A DNA stretch of 64,000 nt from Epiperipatus broadwayi (lineage: Eukaryota; Animalia; Onychophora). Positions 38,770 to 50,833 of the stretch are shown one piece after another (position 1 is the first letter of the stretch; every line of letters starts with the position of its first letter). The stretch spans positions 16,740,001 to 16,804,000 of the forward strand of contig JAQFVV010000008.1 of the NCBI GenBank assembly GCA_028023455.1. Direction: 5' to 3'. The notes beneath the pieces were generated by a model. That model was given only the letters and a program-made list of their open reading frames with translations. It searched no databases and was not told the DNA's origin. The translations under genes were made by a program, and so were the position numbers.

Positions 38770-39409
38770 AACATGATTTTCTTTCATTAATTTTTGTATA
38801 CTTAAAATAAATCCTAAAACTACTTATTTTCATATGTACAGTATATTGTTTACCAAAGAAATAAATTATTTATGAGAATATTTATTTCTATATCTATTTC
38901 ATATTTAATATCTGGGGTAGTTAAAAAATCTCAATGATAAAAAGGGGTCATGAATGAAAAAAGTTTAAGAAGCGCTGACTTAAAGAACTGAAATCTAGAA
39001 TTCTGCAAAAGAATACAAAAAAGAATTAATAACAAAAGTGAAATATTAATCTAATGGCAAGGAAAATTAAGAATAGAATACAGTTTCAAAGATTTCTTTC
39101 AATATCAAGATTTTTTTAATATTTAAAAAATAACTACTAAAAAAAATATAAAATACAGAAAAAGATCATCATGAAAAACATACCATTACATCAACATTTT
39201 TAGATGCCATATTTTAAGTGTGAAAGCAAAACATCTGATTAATTAAGTCTATGAAAAATAGAAAAACTTGAAAAAGAATCATTATAATTATTTTTAAAAA
39301 AGCAATGATGTAATAGGGAAATTATTGGCAAAACTATATATTGTAAAGAGATCATTTGATTGGGGAAAATGTATAACAGCAAACCATAACTTAGCAAAGA
39401 CATGCAATT

Positions 39410-39625
39410 ATGCACAGAGGCAAAACTCTCCATACAGTAGCACCACTCAGTGCAAACCAGAGTAATCAATGACTACAGGACAGTTTGTGCATAAAGTCCC
39501 TATACTAGTTTCTAGCTTATGGCTTTCATCAGTGAGGAGCCTGGGATAAAGAGCACTGCGTTTAGTTTTCCTTCTGTGTTAATAGTTTGTGTAAGCATAA
39601 AGAATGGTAATCATGTGATGTTATA
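39410..39625 (-). mobile_element. Penelope-like (family 3) fragment with hammerhead and short inverted tail arm
   Basis: Colinear with 40730-40889 in reverse; shares tail GTAAGCATAAAGAATGGTAATCATGTGATG with 37540-37575. Confidence 0.75.
39498..39537 (-). ncRNA. Type I hammerhead motif (family 3, weak stem I)
   Basis: Minus strand CCTCA CTGATGA AAGC cataa GCTA GAA ACTAGT A TAGGG; palindromic helix III ACTAGT, GUA triplet. Confidence 0.6.
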
Positions 39626-40421
39626 GCAATAACAGGATAGATTTTGACAGCAATTAGTAGAAAGTAACATATAGTATTGCATAAAGAAGTAGTCTGTATT
39701 GAATTAGTTTATAAGTTAGTGGAAAATTTAGAAAAAGAGTTTCAGGCATTAAAATTAGTAATAACAGATTATTCAGAAAATAAATGAAATCCAAAGAAAT
39801 GTGAGAAATCAGAATATAAAGAATTATAATTCTAAATAAGATCTTTATGAAATCAGTATAAATAATCTAAAGTAGTTATGTATATTAGACTGTATCCAAA
39901 TATTACAGAAGGTATGAAAAGAATCAATGACATCAAGTTTTACATTTTTATTAATGATAGGAACATTTAACTCTAGAAATGTCTAATGTTTTTAAATCTT
40001 CAAAATATCAAGTCATAGAATCATGATACTAAATAATATTAACAAAATTCAAAAGCAATTATTAAGCTATGTGGTGACACTGAAAAGATTAATTAACATT
40101 GATTATAAATACATAACATAGTTCCATCTCTTAAAAAAACTTTTCACAGCAGTATTATAATATAAATATTTTGTGATTGAAATGGGGAACAAAGGAGGTT
40201 TATATCAGATGTTCAGTTTTTTTTTCTTTCAAATGATATAGTGCTAAAATACATCATTTGATATTTCTGACTGCAGAAAATATCACAAGAACTATGAGAG
40301 GAGAGCAACTAACTATAATTAAATATAAAAAGATTAAAGTTAGCTTTTAAAAAAAGAAGATCGATAATAAATTAAAATAATTTAACCGCTATAAATACAT
40401 TGGATAGATTGAATGAATTAA

Positions 40422-40889
40422 ACCATCACACATCACATGATCACCATTCTTTATGCTTATACAAACTATTTTTCACTGAGGCAAAACTCTCCATACAATA
40501 GCGCCACTCAGTGCAAGCCAGAGTAATCAATGGATGTAGGAAGGTTTGTGCATAAAAAGTATACCTGCTGAACTGAGTTCAGATCTATACAACTATGCAA
40601 GATGGTGAACTTAGTTTGAAAACATTGTGTTTTCATTTTGGACTCAAAACTTTATAGTTAGCTGAAAAAAGTAAAAGGTGGCTGCTGGAGAGTTGCATTA
40701 GATCCTAAGATCTAGATGCAATGCTCTCAGTTCCAAGGCTCTTCACTGATGAAAGCCACAAGCTAGAAACTAGTCTGGGTATAGTGGATGAGTAGGCACT
40801 AGTTAGGGATTTTATGCACAAACCTTCTTACATCCATTGATTACTCTGGCTTGCGCTGAGTGGCGCTACTGTATAGAGTTTTGTCTCTA
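40422..40889 (+). mobile_element. Penelope-like element remnant (family 3): GIY-YIG C-terminus, pLTR, inverted upstream arm, 12-bp TSD
   Basis: FWDSKL..AEKSKRWLLESCI at ~40636-40700 resembles the Penelope endonuclease end (FDWxNxKIL..E.N..KR.ILES.HI); inverted arms ~40478-40558 and 40810-40889; TGAATGAATTAA at 40410-40421 and 40890-40901. Confidence 0.75.
40742..40779 (+). ncRNA. Minimal type I hammerhead ribozyme (family 3)
   Basis: TTCA CTGATGA AAGC cacaa GCTA GAA ACTAGT C|TGGG; GUC triplet, predicted cut after 40775. Confidence 0.75.
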
Positions 40890-41010
40890 TGAATGAATTA
40901 ATCATATATTTAAAATTGGATGCAGTGCTTTTGCTAAAAATAATCAATATTAAATAATAAAATATGCTTGAAAAGGAATAGTTTTAATAAATGTGTTTTC
41001 CAATGTTTAT

Positions 41011-41146
41011 TTATGACTATATTTGGGCATTTAATAAAAGAGCAATAAGGACTGCAGATTATACAATAGAGTCAGGTGTTATGACTATATTTGGGCATTT
41101 AATAAAAGAGCAATAAGGACTGCAGATTATACAATAGAGTCAGGTG
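41011..41146. repeat. Perfect 68-bp tandem duplication
   Basis: 41011-41078 equals 41079-41146. Confidence 0.95.
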
Positions 41147-41212
41147 AAATGAAAACCTAAATTAACAAGAATAATTAAAAGTGAAGTACTAAATGAAAAA
41201 GCAAACATATAT

Positions 41213-41426
41213 TGTTGTGTATCGCGAATACAAATAAACACACTTTACTAGTTAATCATTTATTACTATTACTATACATAATGCTTATAAATACTAGGGA
41301 AGAATAATCACTGTCCGTATCCCATTGTGTAGTCTATATCCAACTAACATGGCTTCCCTCTCTAGTCTCGCAGTTGCGATAATATCCATTCTGCAGTAAC
41401 TGTGACGTCACCACGAATACACTACA
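41213..41426 (-). repeat. 3' LTR of Gypsy element 2
   Basis: Direct repeat of 45393-45606. Confidence 0.97.
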
Positions 41427-41555
41427 CTCCTTCCCTTTCCCCCCTTTTTTGAGAAATGTCATAGCCGAGGGCGACCACTAGGTGTTTGTGATTTACTCTC
41501 TCGGTGTATACTGGTGGTAGGTGCGGCCACCTGAATGGGTTCTCCAAGTGCTGTC

Positions 41556-44500
41556 TCACTGACTATCCTGGTTTGCCGCAGTTTCCTCTGTGTGGGCATT
41601 TACCGCTCTAGGTCGCAAGTGGTCTACATGTCTCTTTTGAATTCCGGAGTCCGTTAGAATCTCATATGACAATGGTCCCGTCTGATGTTGGACAACTGCA
41701 GGTATCCATGGTGAGTTCTTTCCGGCCCTACGTGTCAAAATTGTATCCTGTGGTTGGAATGTTCGTACCCTTTGTATAGGTATCTGAGTTATTTGCGGTG
41801 CCCTGTCAGGGTGCAGAAAATCCAGGCATGTTCTTATGCGCCGCTTGAACAGTAGCTCGGCCGGGCTAAGTCCCGTTGCTGTTGATGGCGTAGTGTGTTG
41901 CATTAGTAAATAACGTGCTAGCCGCTGACTCCAGGTCCCGTTGCGTAGACGTTGCAATCCCTCCATAACAGATTGTACTGCACGTTCTGCCAACCAGTTG
42001 CTTGATGGATGATACGGAGCAACTCTTGCATGGCGAATGCCATTCCGGTGAAGGAAGGTGGTGAACTCCATCGCAGTGAACTGAGGGCCGTTATCTGAGA
42101 CAATGCATTCGGGAAGACCGTGTGTTGCGAAAAGTTCTCTAAGTGCTGAGATGGTAGCTCCAGTCGTTGTCGATGGCATTTCCCGGACGTCGATCCACTT
42201 CGAGTGTGCATCCACGACAACTAAAATCATTTTCCCCTGGATAGGTCCAGCGTAATCCACATGTATTCGTGACCATGGCAGAGATGGAATCTCCCAGTGA
42301 TGTGTTGGTGCACGTGTTTGCTGGTGTCGTATCTCTTGACGGTTGTTACATTTAGCTATTAATTGTTCTATGTCCTGGTCCATTCGAGGCCACCAGACGT
42401 ATGAGCGTGCAAGTGCTTTTGTTCTCACAATTCCCATGCGTCCCAGGTGCAGCTCACGAAGAACTATGGGTCTAAGAGATGTCGGTATGACCACCCGTGC
42501 CCCCCACAGCAAACATCCTCGGTGTGTTGACAACTCATTTTTTCGCGACTGATAAGATCGAAAATCTTGTTGAATGTGTGTTGGCCATGCTGTCAGGATG
42601 CACTCCTTTACTCTAGATAGCACAGGGTCTGCTTTAGTCTTTCTCGATCTGTTCTGCAGAAACTGGTGGGTTTTCCAAGTCCTCAAGGAATAATACTGCT
42701 CGCAGCTTCTTCTCACTCTGCTGAACTGCAGGGGATGGCCACCTACTCAGTGCATCTGCGTTCCCTATGCTCCTCCCTGGTACATACTGCAGTTGTAAGC
42801 CGTCAAAAGGCATGCCCACCTTTGCATTCGAGGTGATAGAATGAATGGGGTCGGCCGGTCCGACATGAAGATTCCCAGCAGTGGCTTGTGGTCAGTCACT
42901 ATCTCGAACGGTATTCCATATACGAAATGGTGGAAATGTTTCACCCCGAATATAATAGCAAGTGCTTCCCGGTCTATCTGAGCGTAATTTCTTTCAGACT
43001 TGGTGAGTGTTCGTGATGCAAAAGCAACCGGTGAACATAGGCCGTTTGCATACTTCAGGCTAAGTACTGCTCCCACTCCATATGGCGAAGCGTCGCAAGT
43101 TACCACCACTTGTTGGTGGGGATCGAAAGGCACCAGCACATCCTCGGACGTCAGGGCCTCCTTCAATTGTGTGAACGCTCTCGTGTTCTTTGGTCCATGA
43201 CCATACTGTATCCGCCTTACGCAATTTATGTAGTGGTTCGGCTGTCGTAGCTCGGTGTGGCAAAAAGTTACTGTAGAAGTTGAGCAACCCCAAGAATGCC
43301 TGTAGCTTCTTATCTGTTGGTGTCGGTGCTCTCCTAATAGCAGCCACCTTGTCGGCCGCTGGGTGCAGGCCCTCTGCATCCAGGGTGTATCCCAAAAAAT
43401 CTATCGACGACACTCCGAGGACACATTTGTCTTTATTTACACTCAGCCCACAGGCAGCCAATTTGCTGCAGACTGTTCTTAATTTGGTGGTTAGGTCCGT
43501 ATCAGATGTTGCACATATCAGTACATCATCGAAATATGGGAAAACTCCCTGAATACCTCCTAGTATGTTGTCCATTATTCCCTGAAATATTCCTGGGGCC
43601 ACGCTAATGCCGTACTGCAATCTCTTCACTCGGAAGGCTCCCCGATGAGTGATAATGGTCTGTGCATCCGCCGATGCCTCATCTACCGGCAGTTGTAGGT
43701 ATGCTCGAGCTAAGTCTATTTTTGCAAACACTGAACTCCTAGGAAACGATGCGAGAAAATGGTGTACTGCTGGTATTGGATATGGGTGATCTCTTAATGC
43801 CTGATTTACGGTCACCTTATAATCACCGCAAAGGCGGATCTCTCCTGACGCTTTGATGATGGGCACCACTGGTGTTGCCCATACAGGGTCGCAAACTGGC
43901 TCAATGATTCCGTCCTTCAATAAGGTGTCCAGCGCTGTGTCAACCTTTGGTTTCATAGCCAACGGCAATGGCCGGGCTCGGATGCGAATAGGTGGTATTT
44001 TTGGGTCTATCGGTAAAGACACTGGCGATCCTCGATATCTTCCAAGAGTAGTGCTGAAAACCTGGGGAAAAGCATCAATGATATCTTGCATTGGTGAATG
44101 TCGAACTGAATGCACCCCCGATAAAACTATTCCCAAGGGGGCAAACCATTCACGGCCAAGTAGATTTGTACATGCTCTTTCTGCAATTAACAGGCGTAAA
44201 CAAGCTGAATACTTTCCGTATTTGACGCTGACAAGGCACTGTCCCATAAAAGAGATCCGGTTTTGCTGAAAATCTCGCAGTGTCTTTTGCACAGGTTCCA
44301 ACACTGGCGGTTTTCCTTTGCACAAGTCTTGAAAAATCCCCTGAGATACAATTGAATATTCCGATCCGGAATCTACTTCCATGCAGCATTTAGTATTGTT
44401 AATAAGCACTCTTGCTGTAGTTCTGAGAGTTTTGCTGTCACTATGGGGCTTGTATATTAAAGTCCAATGCCCCATCAGTATCCACTTCCCCTTTCACAGC

Positions 44501-45269
44501 CATGCACTGGGTGGATGATGTCTGAGTGTCCTGTTGTCGGGCCTTACATACCCTTTGGATGTGACCTGTCTTTCGGCAAAAATGGCATTTTGCTCGGCGA
44601 AAAGGGCATTCTGTACGAACATGTGTACCACCACAGCCGCAACATGGCACAGTCGGCATTATATGTTTTTGTAACTCAGTTTTGTATTTGGTAGGAAACT
44701 GCCGGCGGTGTTGTATTAGATCCACTGATGATGACAATCCAGAAGCATGCATCTCCCGCACCTGGGTCCCCGCTGCCTCGGCTGCTAAACTCCTCTGCAC
44801 TGCGGCATCTAGGGTTAATGTTTCTTCGGTGAGCAGTCGGCGCTGTACACTCTCATCTCTCAGTCCACAAACAAACTGATCACGGAGGCGCTCGACGAGT
44901 GTCGTGCCAAAATCACATCCTTCCGCGAGACGCCTCAGTCCCGCGAGAAAAACACTAATAGTCTCTCCCTCTTTTTGTTCACGACGGCAAAACTGGTAGC
45001 GCTGATAAATTAGAGGGCCTTGGATTGAAGTATTGTTTTAACACAGCGGTGAGCTCGTCATATGACCTTTCTAACGGCTGAGCTGGGGCTATCAAAGACC
45101 GCAATATCGATAGTGTTTGTAGTCCACAGGCTGCCAACAAAGTAGCTCGTTTCTTGTCTTCACTTGTAATATCATTCGCCAGACAATAAAATTCAACCTG
45201 CGATGCATACGTATCCCATAGTTGTGGGAACATGACGTCGAATGCAGATAACTTCCCGACAGTTGCCAT
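41556..45269 (-). pseudogene. gag-pol polyprotein (Zn knuckles, PR, RT, RNase H, integrase) broken by about five frameshifts
   Basis: ATG at 45269; CCGCGGTH..CHFCRKTGH..C, MEVDSGS, YFDD, CDASPYGVGAVL, VTDHKPL, IHVDYAGP, VSDNGPQF, YHPSSNWLAER. Confidence 0.95.
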
Positions 45270-45392
45270 CCTTGAGCATTAACGCCTTGTTGAACGTCTT
45301 CGCGAAGAAAAAAGTATTTCTGTAGTTTCTTGCCGTAATCCCAAGGTAAAGAAAATAATGCAGCTAGCGGCATCCCATCCTCGTCTCCAAAG

Positions 45393-45606
45393 TGTTGTGT
45401 ATCGCGAATACAAATAAACACACTTTACTAGTTAATCATTTATTACTATTACTATACATAATGCTTATAAATACTAGGGAAGCATAATCACCGTCCGTAT
45501 CCCATTTTGTAGTCTATATCCAACTAACATGGCTTCCCTCTCTAGTCTCGCAGTTGCGATAATATCCATTCTGCAGTAACTGTGACGTCACCACGAATAC
45601 ACTACA
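45393..45606 (-). repeat. 5' LTR of Gypsy element 2
   Basis: Direct repeat of 41213-41426. Confidence 0.97.
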
Positions 45607-46082
45607 TATATTACTGCTCTTATTTGAAAATATAAGATTCAAATAGATCCCAGTTAAAGACTAAGAAAAATGACAATAAATTGACTCCTCATTGTGGATA
45701 ATAGATAAGAAATTATCTGGAATAACACGGTGAAAGTTGTAGATAAAAAAAAGATTCAACTCAAAAGACCTCATTCTGCAAAAATTCTAATCACATTTTG
45801 TTTTTAAAGTAATTTCATTTCTAAACATAAAAATAATTAACATCAGAAAAACTATATTGTTTAATCAATGTGCGTTTAAATAAATTTATAATTATATTGT
45901 TTAAAGTAAGTTATTTTTATCCAATTCTATACAATATATAAAAAAACGCTACCAAAAAATAAAATTTCTTATCGCATAAGTAAATATGCAACAAATGTTT
46001 CTTTCCCAACCGAAACGGAATCAATTTTATCTGATAATGAGTTTATACAATTTGTTGATAAACAAATATTGAAGCGTCATTT

Positions 46083-46096
46083 ATGAAAGACGGCAG
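46083..46096 (+). other. Candidate short first coding exon (ATG AAA GAC GGC AG|gtatgt) in a CpG-retaining region
   Basis: ATG followed after 14 nt by a strong AG|GTATGT donor; no downstream exon identified. Confidence 0.3.
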
Positions 46097-46646
46097 GTAT
46101 GTATTTACTAATGTAATAAGCATTTGTTTGTGTGTGTGTGTTTACCTTTTTTTAAAAAAGTATATATTATATATTAGAAAGAATATTAATACTAAAAATA
46201 TAGATATTATCTATTCTCTTATAATTGCAATTATTTATAGCTTTAAATTTTTGTTAATCATATCAATTTTATCAAGTAGTGATCACATATTTTTTTTATA
46301 TATAAACTTAATTTATGACCTTCAGATAAAGTCCGTAGAAATCCTAATATTGTTTTATTGCTAATATTTAGTAATATATATATAAATTATTAGTTTCAGA
46401 TTCTACTTCTATGTAAATGTTATTAAAATAAATACTTTTAATAAAGTTACAGATTAACGTGACGATTGTTATATTTTTCTGCCGTAATTTACATTAGTAA
46501 TTGATTTAGTTCACTATTAGAGGGCAGTAACTGTTGAAATAGCTAGAGAAAAAAAAAAAGAGGGAGATGGATATAAATTATTAAGAGTTATTGATAAAAA
46601 GTGATAAGATATGATCAATAGCTTGCGTTTCGTAGAAATAACTTAA

Positions 46647-47124
46647 TAACTGAAACACAGGCTTATTATATACATGTGTCTATATATGTAATATATAGGG
46701 TATATGAGCACAGACTTTCAGACGACCCATCACTCTCCACTCTATCTAATAACACTGATACACCCAAGCACATATATGCTGAAAAGACAAATAATCACCT
46801 AATATACTCAGGGTGGCTTTCGAGCATTCCATCATCAGATTTTCAATTAGATGGACATTTGAAGAGTTGCAGTGTGTAATGGATTGGAGCCTGTCCATTA
46901 AAGTATAAAGATTGTCTATCTTAATATATATCTGAGCACTTATAGTATATATGTGTGGGAGATGATAATCTGGACCAACTGATGATTGCTGGTTTAGCAT
47001 GAAATACGTATATTGGTGATTATTTGTCTTTTCAGCATATATGTGCTTGAGTGTATCAGTGTTATTAGATAGAGTGGAGAGTGATGGGTCGTCTAAAACT
47101 CTGTGCTCATATACCCTATATATT
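46647..47124 (+). mobile_element. Fold-back family-1 insertion, 11-bp TSD
   Basis: Inverted arm with tail at 46647-46807, forward copy at 46808-47124; AAATAACTTAA at 46636-46646 and 47125-47135. Confidence 0.9.
46974..47017 (+). ncRNA. Minimal type I hammerhead ribozyme (family 1)
   Basis: Identical to 12979-13022; predicted cut after 47012. Confidence 0.85.
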
Positions 47125-47858
47125 AAATAACTTAAGTATTAGTTCTTATATAATTTTTTATTCTAACTCAATGTTTCTTAACCGATATTTCTCAGAACAT
47201 TAATTTTGTGAACTTGTTTTAATTAAGATTTCCGTAAACATATGAAAGCGGAATACTGTTTAGAAAACTATGCTAGAATAAACTTTAATATAAATTAGCA
47301 AGACAAGATACAACTTGCATTTTCGAATGCATTTCATAAGCTAGTATTTCTAGTACTGATAATTATATCGTTTGATGTGATAAAAGTCCATTTCTGTTGT
47401 GTATTTGTTTCATACTTTGGCTGTAAACATTATAAATGATAACATCTTTAACTCGGATCTCTTACATATAAAAACTTTTTACAAACAAATGTAATAATTA
47501 TTGTTTATTTTTCAATAAAAAATTATTATCTTAGAAATAATTTTTTGAACATCTTAATGGCCTTCAATGGATAGATGTATTATTAAAATGAAAACCTGAT
47601 TCTGAACAAAATATTAACAATAGAGCAAGAAAAGTGGTAGTAGTAATGACACTACTGCAAATACATCTCGTACAAAAGATAATAATATGAATAGTAAAAT
47701 AAGAAAAATTAATAAACACTATTCGAAAATTTTAAATGAATCGGTAAAGAACAATGTAATAATATTTCACAATCTCTTAAATTGAATACGTGAACAAAAC
47801 TGTTCCATAACGCTTGTTTATTATTGTTTTCCTGAAGGTTTGTGATGATGGTGTTCTA

Positions 47859-48054
47859 GTTGTATTTTTATATTGGACTATTTCCATAATCTAGTATGAG
47901 TATTGAATGTCTTTAGAGAAATTTAACTGTTTTATTCAAATATTCAACTAGCAGTTGAATGTATTTAGAATATTTAAATAAAAAAGTTAAATTTTTCTAA
48001 AGACATTCAATACTCATATTAGATGATGGAAATAGTCCAATATAAAAATACAGC
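47859..48054. repeat. Fold-back palindrome (~87-bp arms, 22-nt spacer), MITE-like
   Basis: GTTGTATTTTTATATTGGACTATTTCCAT...AAATATTC versus GAATATTT...ATGGAAATAGTCCAATATAAAAATACAGC. Confidence 0.85.
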
Positions 48055-50793
48055 TTGTTTATTGTCTTGCTCCTAAAACTAAAGATCAATAAATAATATT
48101 TGTTTGTGTGTGTGTGTTAAAAAAGGAAATTAAAGTAAATGTAGTGTTTAAAATTAAACTTAAGTTTTATAAATTGTATTAGTGTGTAGGCCTTATATTT
48201 AATTATATTCGATTCAAATAGCTAAAGATATTGTAAATTAGAAAATATGCAGTTATCTATTGGATTACATAATATTTTAATAAATTAGTTAATTATCAGA
48301 TATGGAAAAAGTAATTAATTAATATAAAAATAAACAGAATGAAAGATATTTATGTAGTGTAATTTTCACATTTCTAGTCTTATTAATGACTAATAAAAAT
48401 TATTAGAATGAAAGACATTCTTGAGAGATTTAGATTGCTCCTGGGAGCGAGACCCTACAATAGGAAAAGTAATTTAAAAATAAATGGAGAAGCACCAGGA
48501 GCTGTAAATCAGTTACTTACAAAGTAGAGAAGTTGGCTTTATACCCAGTTCACTCTTGCTGAAAGTGACAGATGAGGATTTAGGATTCTAAATGGTTTAT
48601 CTGATTTTTATTATAATTTAAATACATCTTAGAACTAAATTAGCAAAGACATATAGAGATAAAAATAACTAATCTTACATAGATTCATCTTTTATATTTA
48701 GATATGGCTACTTTACCGATTATAGAAGTAAAAAGTTAATACATATAGTTATCTTTGTGTTTATTATACGTTTAGTTATTTTAATGGTTAATGAAGTAAA
48801 AAAGCATTTTCCTTGCATTGTTTTAAGTTTTTTTTTAAAGGTATGTGTTGTCCAATTCTTTTTGCATGTAGTCACAATCCTATAATTGAATAAGAGTTTG
48901 GATAAAACAGGAATTGGTGCAATCAGAATAGCTATATTTCAAGAGGTTAAGAACTTCAATCAGCAAGAAGTGGTAAAAACTAAATTCAGATATGGCACCA
49001 TAATATTGTGGTATCAATGAATTCAATGTTAATAGTCCTGCACACTCAAACTTAAATGTAAAATGTTCAAATAAGTATTTTATTGTTAATTAAAGTTGTT
49101 ACATTACTCCTTTATGGAGGTCCCAGAGTAATAAAAGTTGCATAAGGGGCTTTGCAAATCCCATGAACCCCTGGACCTGAAAATATACTATATAAAAAAT
49201 AATTCAAAAAATTTATGAATTAATTTAGTCCTGAATCCTCCAAACTTATATGTCATTTATATCTTTATGATGGATGCCAAGAAAGTGAAGAGCTGCAGAG
49301 ATTATGATGCGATTTGGGGGAAAAAACAAATATCTCAAAGAAGCTTTGTTGAAACAATTCTTGTGGGATGTAGATGTCCTAAATTTATGACAGCATCTTC
49401 TGTCAATATTTAACTTTTTATATATTGAGGCAATCAAAAGACACACTGCTCACAAATAAGTTCTGAAACATGTCAGAGAGTTCCATAATTGTAGAAATTA
49501 AACAAACAATGAACCTTTGAGCATTCAAATCGAAATTAGTCAAAATAAAATAATAAATATTGTTATTACAGAATTCTGGAGAACATAGTGAAGGACTGTA
49601 ATTATAAAGATGCGAAGTGTAAAAGTTATGGCAAAGTATACCAATTAGCAAGGATTTATCACAGTAAAAATAAAAAGTACAAAAATAAAAAAAAATTCAG
49701 AAGAATAAATTTATCATAAACAAATCCAGTAATTGAAATAAATAAAAGAGGCAATGATAGTTGCTATCATGTAATAAGACTAAAAATCTGTAATAATATC
49801 AATGAAATAGAGTTTGACAGTGAAAGTGGGGTATCTCATGTCTGAAACATGTTGAACATCATTATGTAAATATATTAAAGATTGCACATAGTAAATGAGA
49901 AATGATATTAAGATAAGAGATGCAAATCTATTATTACACACATGGTGAAAATATCAATTAAGATTAATCAGTGTCATAAAAAAATCTGTTTGCAATAAAG
50001 ATTAAATTAAAACTATTACTAGATCACAAATTGTTTAAATCTTCAGGGATAAAAATATGCATAGTAAATAAAATTAGGATGGGAAAGGAAAAATACAGAC
50101 TAAATAATCAAAATTATTTAGGTTCAGAATAAGGACCAATTGATATAAGACCCAGTTATAGTATAACCAAGTGTATGAAAAGGCAAAATTTTACAAAAAA
50201 TTTTTTTGCACAGTCAGCACAGGTCAAAAACGTTGAATGCTCTAATAAAAAAGAGTTTACTGACACTCATTGAAAATGTAGAATGAGTCACACTTATAAT
50301 TATTCCCTACAAGTAAATTCACACATGCAGTGATTACTGATTGATTGTTAACAAAGACTTAGCAAAAAGTCTTTACCAGTTTGCAATGTAAGATAAGATG
50401 CTGGTTCAGCACAAAATGCATATTGGGAATCATTTGTCTTTTATTATATCTTTATTTATATGAATTTAAAAAGAATGGTGAAGTATGGAGGTGTTTATTA
50501 TATCTATAAAGATATTACATACGGGACAGAGAAAGGTGAATAACTCCGTGTGTGTAAATTTAAAAAATCAGATATATTAATCTTTAACTGAGGTTTAAAG
50601 TTTATATCTGTGCTAAAGATAATCTCTAGTTTTGATAATGATTAGTAATAATCATTAGTGTATTTATCTGGAATGGATGGTGTCAAAGTTGTGAGTGGAG
50701 GGAGTTTGACAATGGTAAATGAAAATGTAACAATTTACTCTAGATAAATACTTTGCATATAATAGAGATATATATGAGAGATAGTGACCTGGG

Positions 50794-50833
50794 CCAACTG
50801 ATGAGTGCTGGTTCAGCACAAAATGCATCTTGG
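50794..50833 (+). ncRNA. Type I hammerhead motif (family 2) with G12-to-A core substitution, probably inactive
   Basis: CCAA CTGATGA GTGCT ggttc AGCAC AAA ATGCAT C TTGG. Confidence 0.6.

Larger units (their letters stand above)
30761..38977 (+). mobile_element. Full-length Buster/Charlie-type hAT transposon with nested insertions
   Basis: TIRs TAGCATTTCTTAAACT (30761) and AGTTTAAGAAGCGCTG (to 38977), subterminal GGTCATGACCCC/GGGGTCATGA, 8-bp TSD ATTTAAAG/ACTTAAAG with central TA. Confidence 0.85.
41213..45606 (-). mobile_element. Young full-length Ty3/Gypsy (Mag/K02A2.6-like) LTR retrotransposon
   Basis: 214-bp TG..CA LTRs with 3 differences; TSD TATAT (41208-41212, 45607-45611); PBS TGGAGACGAGGATGGGAT at 45389-45372 (tRNA-Ser(GCT) 3' end, 1 mismatch); PPT at 41427-41449. 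Confidence 0.97.

Noticed and set aside
46083-46364. 93-aa ORF as a full gene
   Set aside because: After the GT donor at 46097 it is intron-like AT-rich sequence giving an I/L/F/Y-rich peptide.
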